Positions 52,588 to 64,000 of a stretch of 64,000 nt of DNA are shown here, in pieces. The stretch covers positions 186,001 to 250,000 of the forward strand of contig LVLI01000194.1 of NCBI GenBank assembly GCA_001687465.1, written 5' to 3'. This stretch comes from Halocafeteria seosinensis (lineage: Eukaryota). The number at the start of each line of letters is the position of its first letter. Within the stretch, counting starts at the first letter, position 1. Made by a program: the position numbers and the translations under genes. The notes under the pieces were generated by a model, which worked only from the letters and a program-made list of their open reading frames with translations, ran no database searches and was not told the origin of the DNA.

Positions 52588-54014
52588 TTAAGCGCTTACC
52601 ACACCATTTGTACTGGTACCCTCCAATGCATGCTCCGCTTCCTTCAACTCTTGTCGCAGCTGCTGGACCCGCGTTACCAGGGCTTCCTTCCTGTTGGCGT
52701 CAAGGGACTCGATTCCTTTCTCATCATCCATTGATTCTTCGTCCTGTTTCTCTACGATCGATCGCAATCGTTTGACAATTCTTCTCAAGGCTTTTGCAGC
52801 AGACGATTCCGGGTAGGTCAAAATATGGGAGCTTCCGCTCTCGCAGCTCTCGGTAAGCCTCATGTCCAGGGGAACTCGCCCAAGGAATGGTACAGAGAAT
52901 TTCTCAGCCATGCCAGCACCACCTCCTTCTGCGGGAGGGAATATGAACGACTCGTGAGAGCATTTAGGACATTCGAAGCTGCTCATGTTTTCCACTACCC
53001 CTAATATATCCGTGCCAGTTTTGCGGCAGAAACTCAGTTCTTTCCTAACATCGCTCATTGCTACTTCCTGCGGGGTAGTTACTACGACGGCGCCTGCTAC
53101 ATTTGACTTCTTGAGGAACTGACAAATACTAATATGTTCATCGCTTGTGCCAGGAGGTGCTGCGGAGTGGTAGCACAACCAATCAATGTACAGGTTACCA
53201 CTCTCCGACAGCTCTAAAGAGGTGCAGTACTTACTGTCAATGACAAGGTAATCGAGGCCTTCCCATTCCACATCCGTCAAGAACTGCTTTATTAGACCAT
53301 TCTTGCGAGGACCACGCCAAATTACCGCATCATCATCGTTTGGCAGCATAAACCCTATAGACATTACACCAAAATTGTCATTCATCCAAACTGGAGACCA
53401 TCCCGTCCCCGACTGATGAACTTGGCTACCGACAAGTCCAAGCATTCGCGGTATAGAGGGTCCACATATATCTACGTCCAGTAAGCCAACCTGCGAAACC
53501 ATTGGATATAAGCTCCAGTCGTGTAGACTCCGTAAATTGGACTGCCTGCCACATACCTGGGTTTGGTCGTCTGCAGCTAAGGAGAACGCTAATTGCGAGG
53601 CAAACGTGCTCTTGCCAACGCCTCCCTTTCCTGAAAGAACAAGTATAATGTTCTTCACGTCTTTCAGTCGATCAGCAACGAGATCAACAGCTGCAATAGG
53701 TGGAACGCCGTCTTCAATTGAAGCCACAGCATGGTGTGCTCAAGGAATCGACCAAATAAGGCGTACATGGATCGGTTTTCTTTCCAGCACCAGACGCGCA
53801 CAGATTCTGGTTAGGGCAACCTGCACAAGCTGATGATTTGCCTGCCTCCTCGGATTTTGTTCCCGGGCATGCTGCGTATTCCATCATTATACCTAAGTGT
53901 CACCGCGTGCATTAGCGCGTGCCGTTCCCACAACTTACATTCATTAGCATTTTCTGGCACATCTGTGCGTTGGCCCGATGAGCCATTCATCTGCTTATCT
54001 TCTTCGCCACCCAT
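52588..54014 (-). CDS. NBP35: Cytosolic Fe-S assembly scaffold NBP35/NUBP1 (5 exons)
   Basis: N-terminal CPG..S..AG....CAGCPNQNLC, SGKGGVGKST, DVDICGPS, DTPPGTSDEH, VENMSSFECPKC. Confidence 0.95.
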
Positions 54015-54849
54015 TTGCTACAGATTTATACTTTCGAAGAGAATATAGGAGGGAAATACGTCTCTGTTTATCAGCTACAGTGCACTACTGTTGGTAGGCA
54101 AGGCAAGAAGTGGGCACAGAGATGAGAGAACAGAAAGCGGTGAATTCTAATGGATGGCGTTGCTTCTAGCGTTTGTGTGCGTGTTAGAAGGTATAACAAT
54201 CACAGGTGCTGTCTTTACTATACAACCATACTGAGGAGACGTCGCGTGCCGCCCGTCGCTTTGTTGAAGTACCATGAGTCACGGCACCGAACCATTGACA
54301 TTGATGTACCCAGAATGACGTGCCACACTACTAGGCAAGTGCTAGTATCCTAGTATGCGCAGGGTACAGTTGCTGAAAATTTGTGGCTAAGAAGCACCAA
54401 CGAATTCGAGGAGTTCCCCGTGAGGTGGAAGCAAGAAGTGGATATTCGCTGTGGAAAACGCTGTATGCGCTGTTGGTGTGTTTCTTGTCGCGATTACAAT
54501 ATCATATTGGCATCGTTACCGTACAACGAGTTCCGCTCTTTAATGTAGTCGCCGGATTATCGCCACTGGTCGCCTTACAGTTTGATTTGAATCTGGAAGG
54601 ACTGCAGTCTGCAAACAATTGTTTCAGCTTCAACTTGTGCTCTTGCACCAGGAGTAGCCACTCTCCAAGCTCACTCGGTGTAGTGCGAAGCGTTGTTGGT
54701 ATACAAAGGAAAAGACCACGTTTCTTGTGCTTAATTTACGCCTTTGCTTTAAGCAAAGAAGAGGTGCTCATCGAGGCTGCGCAAGCCAACCAATTTGTTC
54801 GGAAGCAGCCACATTTGAATTGTTGTCAACTGTTTGTTTGCTCAGCACG

Positions 54850-57800
54850 ATGACGACCGCTGTCCCACAGTACGTAGACAGGCCATTTCTTTTTGTATAT
54901 TCGTTGTCGTGTGCTTTTGCGTGTGGAGGCGACAGTGAATTGCTCTCGCTTCCGTGTGCTAGTGAGTTCTGATTTCAAAAAAATCCCCGGAGCAGGGCGA
55001 CATTCAAACGCCGGAGAGTTTGGGGGTCATGCTCTCCCATTTCATCGTAGCAGCTTGCTGAGCAAGGGCCATGTTCATTCGTTGGTGGATCACTTGCTTT
55101 CGCAGAAACAACAAAGAGTTCGCCAACCTGCTGTCTCAGTGCCAAAGTCCAGATAACTCCATCCGGAAGGAGGTACGGCGCAAGCGACACCATGCATTGT
55201 CCCATGGCGAATCGTATGAGATTCTTGTTTTGCAGGCTGAGAAACACTACCTCAATTTGGTGGAGCAAAGTCCTGATGCAGTGAGTGTCATCTCCATCGA
55301 CCAAAGGAACAACTTGTTTCCGAAGTACCGTTTTCCTTTCTCTGCAGACTGCTCTTGCACTCTCGGCTTTGTTGCAAGAAGAAACGCAGGTGGCTATTGC
55401 TGCTGCAGTTTTCTTGTATAAAGTTGTTGCTATCTCGAGCGATAGCAGATATAAACTGTCCTCCGATGTTCTAAACAAAGGTAGGCTGGATTTCCATATT
55501 GCATAGCAATGGTAAGAATTCCACCAATTGTTGTCATGTTAGTGCAGTCGAGCATGAAACTATGCAAGTTTTCCAAAAGTCTGAAGTCTCTGCATTGAAG
55601 CGAAAAATAGCTACTGTATTAAGTCAAATTGCTGGCGGTCGAACTCAACCTGCAGAATGGACTCAAGTATTGAATGTTGCTAAGACTTCATGCAAGTCCG
55701 AAAATGAAATGCAACAGAGTAGTGGGTTCTATCTTTTGTACAGGCTAATCCTGGTTTTGAGAGAGGTAAGACACGATCGCATTGTTTGGACGTATCCGTC
55801 GCTTACAAGTACCTGGTGTTTCGGCCTCCAGAGGATAAAAGAAAGCGGGCTAGACCTAATGCCGGTCATCGAATTAGGTCTCAGCAGCTCTAACAGTGAA
55901 ACGAAGTCCGTCGCAGTCCAGTGCATATGCGAATTCCTTAGTGTACTACAGGGGAAGGAGGAAATCTCAAGTTCGGCACACTTGATGCGGCCTGTCTTCA
56001 ATGTCATTATGTCCATGCTGCAAGAGGGACAGGAGGAAGAAGTTCAAACTTCGCTCGAATCTATAATAGATGTGGCTCATGCTAATCCCCGGCTATTGAA
56101 AGATGTACTGGCAGACGTTGGTAACACTATGACTTGGGTTGCTCAGAGTACGTCTATCCCCTCTGCCATTCGATTAACGGCGGTAGAGCTAATGGTAACG
56201 CTCGCTGAAGCTCATGGGGGCATGGTCCGCAAAAGTGGTGGTACTGCGTTTACTTCGGGTGCTGTGAAGCTGATGCTGATGATGATGTCAGAAATTGAGG
56301 ATACCGACACTGCGGCATGGTGTAAGAGGGAGTACGACGCAGAAGGAGATCCTTCAGGAGACAGCGAGGCAGACAGTGTTGCCTATGCTGCTGAAGGCGC
56401 TTTTGATCGCTTTTGTGATGCCATGGGCGAAGATGTTATTGCAAAGAATGCTGTGACATTGTCCCTCGAAATGCTACAGCACCAAGACTCTGAATGGGTC
56501 CATCGTCGGGCATCCCTTGTTGCTTTCGGTTTACTTTCGCATTCTTGTTCCAAAGCGCTCCGTCCCGAAATAGATACACTGGTAGAAACGACGCTAAAAT
56601 ATGCTCAAGACAGCCATCCCCGAGTGCGTCATGCCGCCATAGGATCCTTAGGGATGTACGCGGAATCGTTTTCGAAAAAGTTCTTATTTCAAAAGCGTTT
56701 TAATGCTCAAGTTTTGCCATGCCTCGCAAATGCTATGAAGGACAACATTGCGGAGGTGACTCGAGTATCCGCACATGCAGCCACTGCTTTGATCAATTTC
56801 TGTTCTCCCAGTGACCAAGATGAATGCTGCCCTGCGGAACTGATTACGCCCCACTTGGACCAGCTAATGAGCTCTCTGCTCAGTTTGTTGCAGTGCAATA
56901 CCCCATCAGCTTTGGGCCAGTCCCTATCTGCTCTTGCTGTTGTCGCTAAGAGTGCCGGCGACAAGTTCGCTGCCTACTACGATCAGTTCATGCCTGGAGT
57001 CAAGTCTATTGTCAAATCACCTCCTCAAGGTGAATTCCACGGAAACTCCCTGCAGGTTTTACGTGGAAAGGCAATGGAGTGTGCTGCACTCATGGGACAA
57101 GCTGTAGGAAAAGAGAAGTTTAACGCTGATGCCCGAGAGTTACTTGAATTCTTAGTGCAACATCAACGGTCAGTGGAAGATCAGGGAACGACGGACGTAT
57201 CCTATGGCTATTCGGTCGAGACGCTAACACGTATTGCGAATGTACTTAAAGAAGACTTTGCACCTTACCTGGACTTCATTCTGCCTTCTATACTACGAAA
57301 CGCGGAAAGGGAGGTGGACATAAGTGCGGAAGACGTTGACAGTGCCGAACCCAATACCTCAGATAACAATCAAGATTCTGTTACTGTAGAAATCAAGGGT
57401 CTTGGATACAAACGCATTTCGATGCAAACCTCAGCTCTTGAAGAGAAGTTACGAGCGATAAGCGTACTGAACGAGTATGCTGATGAAATGAAGCATCATT
57501 TTGGCCCATATGCTGAGCGTGTGGTGAACGTTGCTGTTCCGTTGATGCAATATAAGTGGAATGCAGAGGTCAGGTCAAAGTCTTGCTATCTCTTTTCTAA
57601 ACTATTTGCTTGTTTGGTCTCGTACGAACGTCAGAACAACCAAATCCAGGACTCGATGAAGGTACTGGAGAGTGGTTTGTTCCCTCTCGTGAAGGCTCTT
57701 CAAAATGAGCATAATGACGAATCAAGAGCGGCTGAAGCGGAAGCTTTGGCCGATACATTGCTTGCATGTTTGATAGGAGGAATGGACGAAGACGAAACCA

Positions 57801-58846
57801 CGTCTCCCTTCAAGAAGGAGAGCTCCCCTGTAATACAAATACCCGTCACTGCAGCTCCTGGGTTGGTTAGCACCCTCATCGAGGCGGCGAAGGGTAGTAT
57901 TGACCGTCGCTGGCAAGCCATAGAAAAACTGCAAAGTGATGAAGATGCTGATGAGGAAGCCTATAATGCCATTGACCAGTCTCTTGAAGTCGAGGAAGAA
58001 CTAATGCGAAATGTGGTCGATGCCATCGGTTATATTTTAAAAGCACACAGGGATCAAGCCCTGCCCGTTTTCGAGCAACATGTTGTTCCCTTATTCAGCA
58101 AATTACTGAGTAATGACGTACCGGAACCATTAAGGTTTAACGCTATTTGTTCGTTTGATGATGCTATTGAATGGTGCGGGGACAGTGCCCACAAATTCGC
58201 TCCACAAATACTGCCAACTCTGGTGGACGGTGTAACTTCCGACAATGAGTTACTTCGGCAGGCATGTATGTACGCGGTTGGGCAGTTGGCCATGATTGTC
58301 CCCGATAGTCTCATACAACATCTGGACGACCTCTCCAAGCGAGTTGTATCTGTTATCACTGCACGTCATGCCAGAGAAGAAGATAATAACTCAGCAACGG
58401 AGAATGCTATATCTACCCTTCTAAAATTACTTGTGTACGTTGCTCCTCGTGCACCAGACTCCAGCTTCCTCAAGTCGCACTCACAGTCTTACTACAAGCT
58501 GTGGTTGAAACAACTGCCACTTCTTGAAGACGAAGAGGAGGCTCAATTTTGCCATGGATTTCTGGTTGAAAGACTGTTGGCTGGAGATACAACTGTTTTG
58601 GGTGAAGGCTTTTCGAACTTAGGTATTGTGTTATCAATACTTGCTAAGATCCTTGAGAAGCTTGCTCAGCCTGATGACGAAGATGATATCGAATTGCTGA
58701 CCGAAGACCGCAAATCATCTTTGAAACAGTGGCTGCAGGCTGCTATGAACAACCAACTGAACGTTATACCAACGAATGTGTTGCAGGAAGCATGGAAGTC
58801 TGTTTCTCCGGAACAGCAAGGGTATCTTCAACAGTTTGCGCAGTAG
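54850..58846 (+). CDS. IPO5: Importin-5 / Kap121 (HEAT repeats; first exon tentative)
   Basis: SPDNSIRKEAE, DSHPRVRHAA, RVSAHAATALINF, LRGKAMEC..G.AVGKEKF, TSALEEK, LRQACMYAVG, ATENAIS. Confidence 0.9.
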
Positions 58847-59284
58847 CCGGAGCGTTTGCGAGGTATACAATATACATGCTTTACAACATCCATCGAAATT
58901 GCTCGACGCCACTACCTTTATTTCAAAGTTAACTATCATGTTCACTGAGCCTCTCGTCGACGTGCAAACTCGTGCTTTGTTGATAACTGTTTCCCGGGCC
59001 AGCAAGTTGCACCGCTGTGCCACCGCGCCTTTTTCCGCATGGCTCAACGGACGGTCGGCCACTTCTCCGTATGGCCCGTATTGCGCACCTACAAAGTTTA
59101 AGCTCGTATTCATGAGGATTGATAGGGAACACAATCGGTTCTCGTACAAACCGTTTGAGGCTCCCAAACCAACGGGAGGCGTGCTCTGTACACAGTGTGC
59201 GGCTAGTTTTCCTTGAACCCCCTTGGGCTTCTTGGCGGGCTTCTGTACTCGTTAACGCTGTAGAAACAGAGGTCACTACATGGA

Positions 59285-61700
59285 ATGGAATATTCCACAC
59301 AAGAGTATCCTCCTCTCCATGGGAGAGAGAGGTCCCATTCAAGGTCGTCAGCCTCTATTCGATCCCATGGGTCCCATCGAAGTCGTCGGTCAAAGAGTGG
59401 TAAACGACGGCACCGTCATCGAGACGATGATGCCCATTCTGTTTCTTCATACTACTCAGAGGTACCACGGAGTGGACAGCATTTACCCCACAGTGCCGGA
59501 ATGGCCGGTCGATCATTGACTCCAGACTATAATCGGTATGCTCCGGCACCATACTACGCCAGCAACGGGTCATCGCACGTCCCGATGCCCCCGGCCGCTC
59601 AGTACCAACTACCCGCAAACTATTATCAATATCATCTGCCTCCGAACACTGGAGGAAACTATATGTCAATGGGAGTGGGTCCCCCAGGAGGCACGGGAGT
59701 CCCTCAAAACATTGCACCCCAATATCCCCCTATGGCACCACCCAATACAGCGCCGAATTACGTGCCCATGCCGATGGGGGCTACGGCTGGGACAGATGTG
59801 GACCAAAACGGACCACCCGTGCCGAGCACGTTCGAGTCTCAAAACATGGCACTTGTCCCCTCTCAGAATGGCCATTCAAGGGAGCAAATTGGAGGGCTCA
59901 TGTTAGGTGCAGACCGAAATGCATTCATCAGAAACTTTGAGCTTAGCTTGGACGAATTCGTAGAGAGGTCAGTGGTACCTTCTTACCAAAAGACTATTGA
60001 GGCGGACGTTCCCACAGAAGATGCTGTCAGTTGCATTTCCATAATGCAAAAGTTAGGAAAAGGCAACAGACATTGGAGAGAAAGAGCGGTGTCACCGATC
60101 CATCAGGAGTTACTCGATGCAGAAGACGTTGAGGCTTTGTCCGAAGGAGCCGCACTAACGCTGATGGTGGAAATGTAAGCATTATGGAGGCTATCTCTTT
60201 GGATCCCACTTCCTTTACAGAGCTCTTTACATGCAGCATCGACAATTTCCGAAAAGACCTCCATCAAAGCTTTCTTAAATCTATTCCTACATACTTCAAG
60301 CAAAAAGTAAGTTCGATTTCTGAATAGAATCTCTTTTTGTGGTGCACTTCACGTGCTGGCATGTACTACAGTATACCACCAAGACAGCTGGTGGAGAGGA
60401 AGTCATGTTGGCCATGGCGCAACGTGCGAAGGTCGCTGATGAAAATGATGGTGTATACATCCATCTCTTGCAGCATATGCTAGGCTTGAACGGAAGAATC
60501 GACGAATACGATGAATATTTCGCTCCAGTGGCTCTGGAAATAATGGATGAGCTTCAAGTAGCACTTCGAGTAAGTTAGTCACAGCATCGTCTACCACTCT
60601 AGTCTACGTGATGACTCTTGTCATCGTTATCCTTGTCTCTTCATGGCAGCTTGATCCATCTTCTTGTTCGCCGGTTTTGTTTGCTGCACCACCTTCTCGA
60701 AACAGTTCGCGGTACATGAGCGCAACATTCCCGGTGGACTGTCTTATACCAATCGTGTCAAATCTGTTGAGTCACTGTCCAGTGTTTTCCCATTGCTTTC
60801 TCGACAATTTTTGTTCAAAAGCTGAGATCTATAAGAGAGGATGGTCGCGAGATGGTCGGGTGGAATTACAGGTTAGTTCTTGGCCGGCGTTCTTTTAAGA
60901 AATTGTCTATCACTGTATGTAAGGGAAGCCTACGCAGTTAGCCATGCAAGAACTGGCATCTGGAGGTTTCAAATCCATTGAAGAGGCATTTTTGCAGCAG
61001 ACAGATCCACGTGTAGAGGTGTGTAGATAAAATGTTGCTTATACATCCGATGTGCGCCAGAAACCACGAGTTGTTTCGCACTGTGCAGGTCGATCAATTT
61101 ATGGAGAAGATACTGCAGTGCTGGAGCGGAGAACGAGAGCGCATTTGCCAAAAGCTGGACGCTGTAGATGAGAAACTGTTTAAGAAAATTAGCAGCTTCC
61201 ATGATGAGGAATTCCAGCAAATTTTTGAAACAACCGCTAGACAACCAATTCTTACCGTAGTTGGGAGAGAAGGAGTTTCCGAGGAACAATGTTTGAAAAT
61301 TGCCAACTCTGTAACTAGAAAGGCGGAGGTGAAGAGTGAAGAATTGTGCTCAATTGTTTGGTTCCACAGAATGCTAGCTGAGAGGTACCGCTGTCTGTAT
61401 GTGGACGAAGTTGCAAAGCATCACATTGAGCTATCCTCGGAGAAGTCACAGCACACCGAAACTCTGGACAAAATCCAAAGCCAAAAGATGCAGGCAATTA
61501 ACCAAGCAAAAGGGGAAGCAAGAGACGCCGAGAGCAAGTTGGAGAAGACGACGATCGAGGTAAGGGAACTGCGTGCTTTGAAAACGAAGCTCCAGGGAGA
61601 AATCCGACGCGCCCATCTTCGGCTTGGAGAAGCAGAGCAGAAGTTAAAGGTAGCGCATGCGAATGCGGAAGACGTAGGAGGTTGTTGTACAATTTCTTAG
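59285..61700 (+). CDS. Orphan: RS-rich and Pro/Tyr-rich N-terminus, helical middle, C-terminal coiled coil (at least 6 exons; 3' end uncertain)
   Basis: Five GT..CAG introns connect ORFs 59285, 60339, 60608 and 61032 in frame. Confidence 0.7.
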
Positions 61701-61736
61701 GAAACTATTGATACAGTCTTACACTATATTCCCTGG

Positions 61737-63642
61737 TTAGTCGTCCTGAGGCTCATCCAGATCAGTCAGCCCAAATTCATTCTGCCCAATTGCAGCCCAC
61801 GAATTTGCCCCGGGAGAACCTAATCCATCCAAGCCCCCAAATATACTACTCCGACCACCGACGGAACGATTGTCATCGTCGTTCTCCGCAGAAATGTTCC
61901 TTAGACCTTGTTGTTCATTCGAACCATTATCCTTTACCGAGTAATACGCACTAGGGAAAGAGCTTTGCAATGCATGTTCGATCCCATATATGTTGCTCAT
62001 AGTCGTGTGTTCAGCATCGGCAAGCTGCTCTTGTTCAGTGCTCAATAGAGGCAAAGAGCGCTGCTGCCACTCAGGAGTGCCTGTCTGGTACACCTCCCCA
62101 GTTTTTCGGGCCTTCTTTAAGGGTCGCTCCTCATAATGGCGTCCCACACCTTCACTGCCAGAGCTCGATGTATCCTTGCCAGGAGAGTCTGGGCGGCTTC
62201 GCGCAAGCACAGCTGTATTTTCGACACCATTCTGACCCTCAATATTCTTGCCTGCGTCGGAGTCTAGAAAATATTGTTTTTGGTAGCCGGTTGGGACGGT
62301 TTTCGTAGACGAATCGGAGGCCCCGGAAGGCGCAAAAGGTGGAGTGTCCGAAGCACCGGCAGCAGCGGGACTGGTCATTCCCATAGACTGGGGCACCACC
62401 GCCTCTTGTGAGTTAGAAGTACCAGGGTATTTGTCCGTAAGGAGGTGCATTTTGTTGTCTTGCTGCCGACTGTCCCTCGGTAGACTCGGACTGGAAAAAG
62501 TCTGCGGACCAATATTCAGGTAATCTAGCATCCTGGTGAATTGTTCGGGAGACAGTATACCATCCGAGCAGAAAAGCTGGTTAACAACTTCCTGTTGTTT
62601 CGCATCGTTCTCCGTATTATATGGCGGCTGTTGGAACGAAGCACCATTTTCATCCGGCAGCGATGCTCTAGTGGAATTCGCCAACTGGTTGGTCATTGAC
62701 AGTGCTTTATACATTTCGTACATGATACCGACTAGTCGCTGCATTTTCGAGCGCATGTAGATTTGTCTAGCGCGACTCTTCTGCAGCTCCTCCCATAATT
62801 GAGAATTTTCCCTTTGAACAGCTTCATCGTGGTGTTGAATATGTTCCAGCTCCTTTTCGAGATCCTTTTGTCGTTGTTTCAGGGCTACCATTTCGTCGAG
62901 GAGGCTATCGACGCTTCGGCGACCATTTTGTAGAGATAAGGTCGGATCAAACGTTTCATGCTCAAACGAGCCACCTGCAGAGGGAATATCCGCCTCTTCG
63001 TGCTCAGGCTCCTCCGGAGCTTCCGTCTCATGAGCTCCCGTTTTCATGTTGGATGCCGACTTCCGTTTTATGTAGGTCAGTAAGTCTGGGCGGTCTTTTT
63101 TGAACAGTTTATGCATGAATTCCCTACAAGAGGGATCAGGAGAAACTTTATAAAACCCATACCTGCATTGCAAAGCGTCCCTATTGATAACAGAAGGATA
63201 CTAGCTGGCTCATGCGTGAGCCCAACTTACATATTCAGCTGCCTCACGAATGAAGCATAATTGGAGTGCTTGAAGAAGTTTGGGAGGACCTCCGTGGAAA
63301 ATCGAGTAACCTGCTAGAGAAAAGAATACGGTTCGGAATGATTGATAGCCCTATTTCCTTGCTTATCGGGAAAACATAGTACATTGCCCCTCCAATCAAT
63401 TGCCCCACTACCTCCTTCAACTACCGTGACCAGCTGGGTAACCTTGTCTTCTACCTATCCATGTATACCAGCACCGCACTTACTTTATCGATGACTATAC
63501 TGTGTCCATTTTTACCCCAGTAGACAATGTCCGAATATGCCGGCGTGTTGAGGATAGCATAAGTCTTTCGGAGAAAAGCTGGGACATTTTCAGGTACTCC
63601 GAAAGCGTCTTTTCGTCGCTTTTTTTTTGATACTGGGGGCAT
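61737..63642 (-). CDS. HSF: Heat shock transcription factor (3 exons)
   Basis: PAFLRKTY..W..G.S..FSTEVLPNFFKHSNYASFVRQLNMYGFYK..IKRK DNA-binding domain plus HR-A/B heptad (LKQRQ..RENSQLWEEL). Confidence 0.96.
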
Positions 63643-64000
63643 TATTGCTCACTTATGTACGTAAACCTGCCTCTATACCTCTCAGGTATATTCTGGAGAT
63701 CTTGCTCTTTGAGAACTGCCACTGAAACAGTGTGTCATCCACCTCACAGAGGCTTTCTCACCTTCAGGCTGGCAGCAAAGACCTAAAATAGGTGCTTCAA
63801 GAGCATTCACTCACACCGTTCGTTCGCACAAGAGCGTACCACAGGCATCGAGAAACACTTACAAAGCGACAAACATACACGTGAAAACCTTATGATACAA
63901 TAAAAAAGGAAGGAAGAGAGTGAGTCAGGAGCGGAAAGCGGGCCTCAACGCGTCACACGTGTTGTCTGAGACTTGTCTCCTATTTTTGTGAAGATGCGAC

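Noticed and set aside
54383..54853. 156-aa ORF between NBP35 and IPO5
   Set aside because: GTG start, no motifs, lies in a divergent promoter/leader region.
54870..55105. Intronic H/ACA snoRNA or TPP riboswitch
   Set aside because: No terminal ACA after a second hairpin and none of the TPP core motifs in the right arrangement.
58715..59342. Antisense ORFs between IPO5 and the 59285 gene
   Set aside because: They overlap real genes and have no recognisable product or complete splice model.

Overview
Gene-dense eukaryotic (protist-type, plausibly stramenopile; taxon not provable from sequence) nuclear DNA. I reconstructed by hand about 24 protein-coding genes interrupted by roughly 100 short GT-AG introns, mostly ~60-95 nt. 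Housekeeping genes: DEPDC5/IML1, PP1, tyrosine aminotransferase, separase, PIG-M, DPH7, UBA2, PRMT1, FPGS, glutathione synthetase, ARL16, ZNF474-like, OTU deubiquitinase, PEX11, DCN1-like, NBP35, importin-5 and HSF. There are also a lunapark-like gene, a very large CFP1/Spp1-like gene and four orphans. An expanded U3 snoRNA gene (12873-13225) is missed by the ORF track. No recognisable transposon, CRISPR, tRNA or rRNA. The most interesting signals are unusual domain architectures (SAP inside separase, PDZ plus degenerate PHD plus CFP1 C-terminus, Zn-finger-less lunapark, DEP-less DEPDC5), an apparently CAG-only 3' splice site, a candidate hairpin-masked poison exon in importin-5, and abutting or overlapping convergent genes. 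I cannot claim a proven new system. All family assignments come from motif recognition, not database searches.
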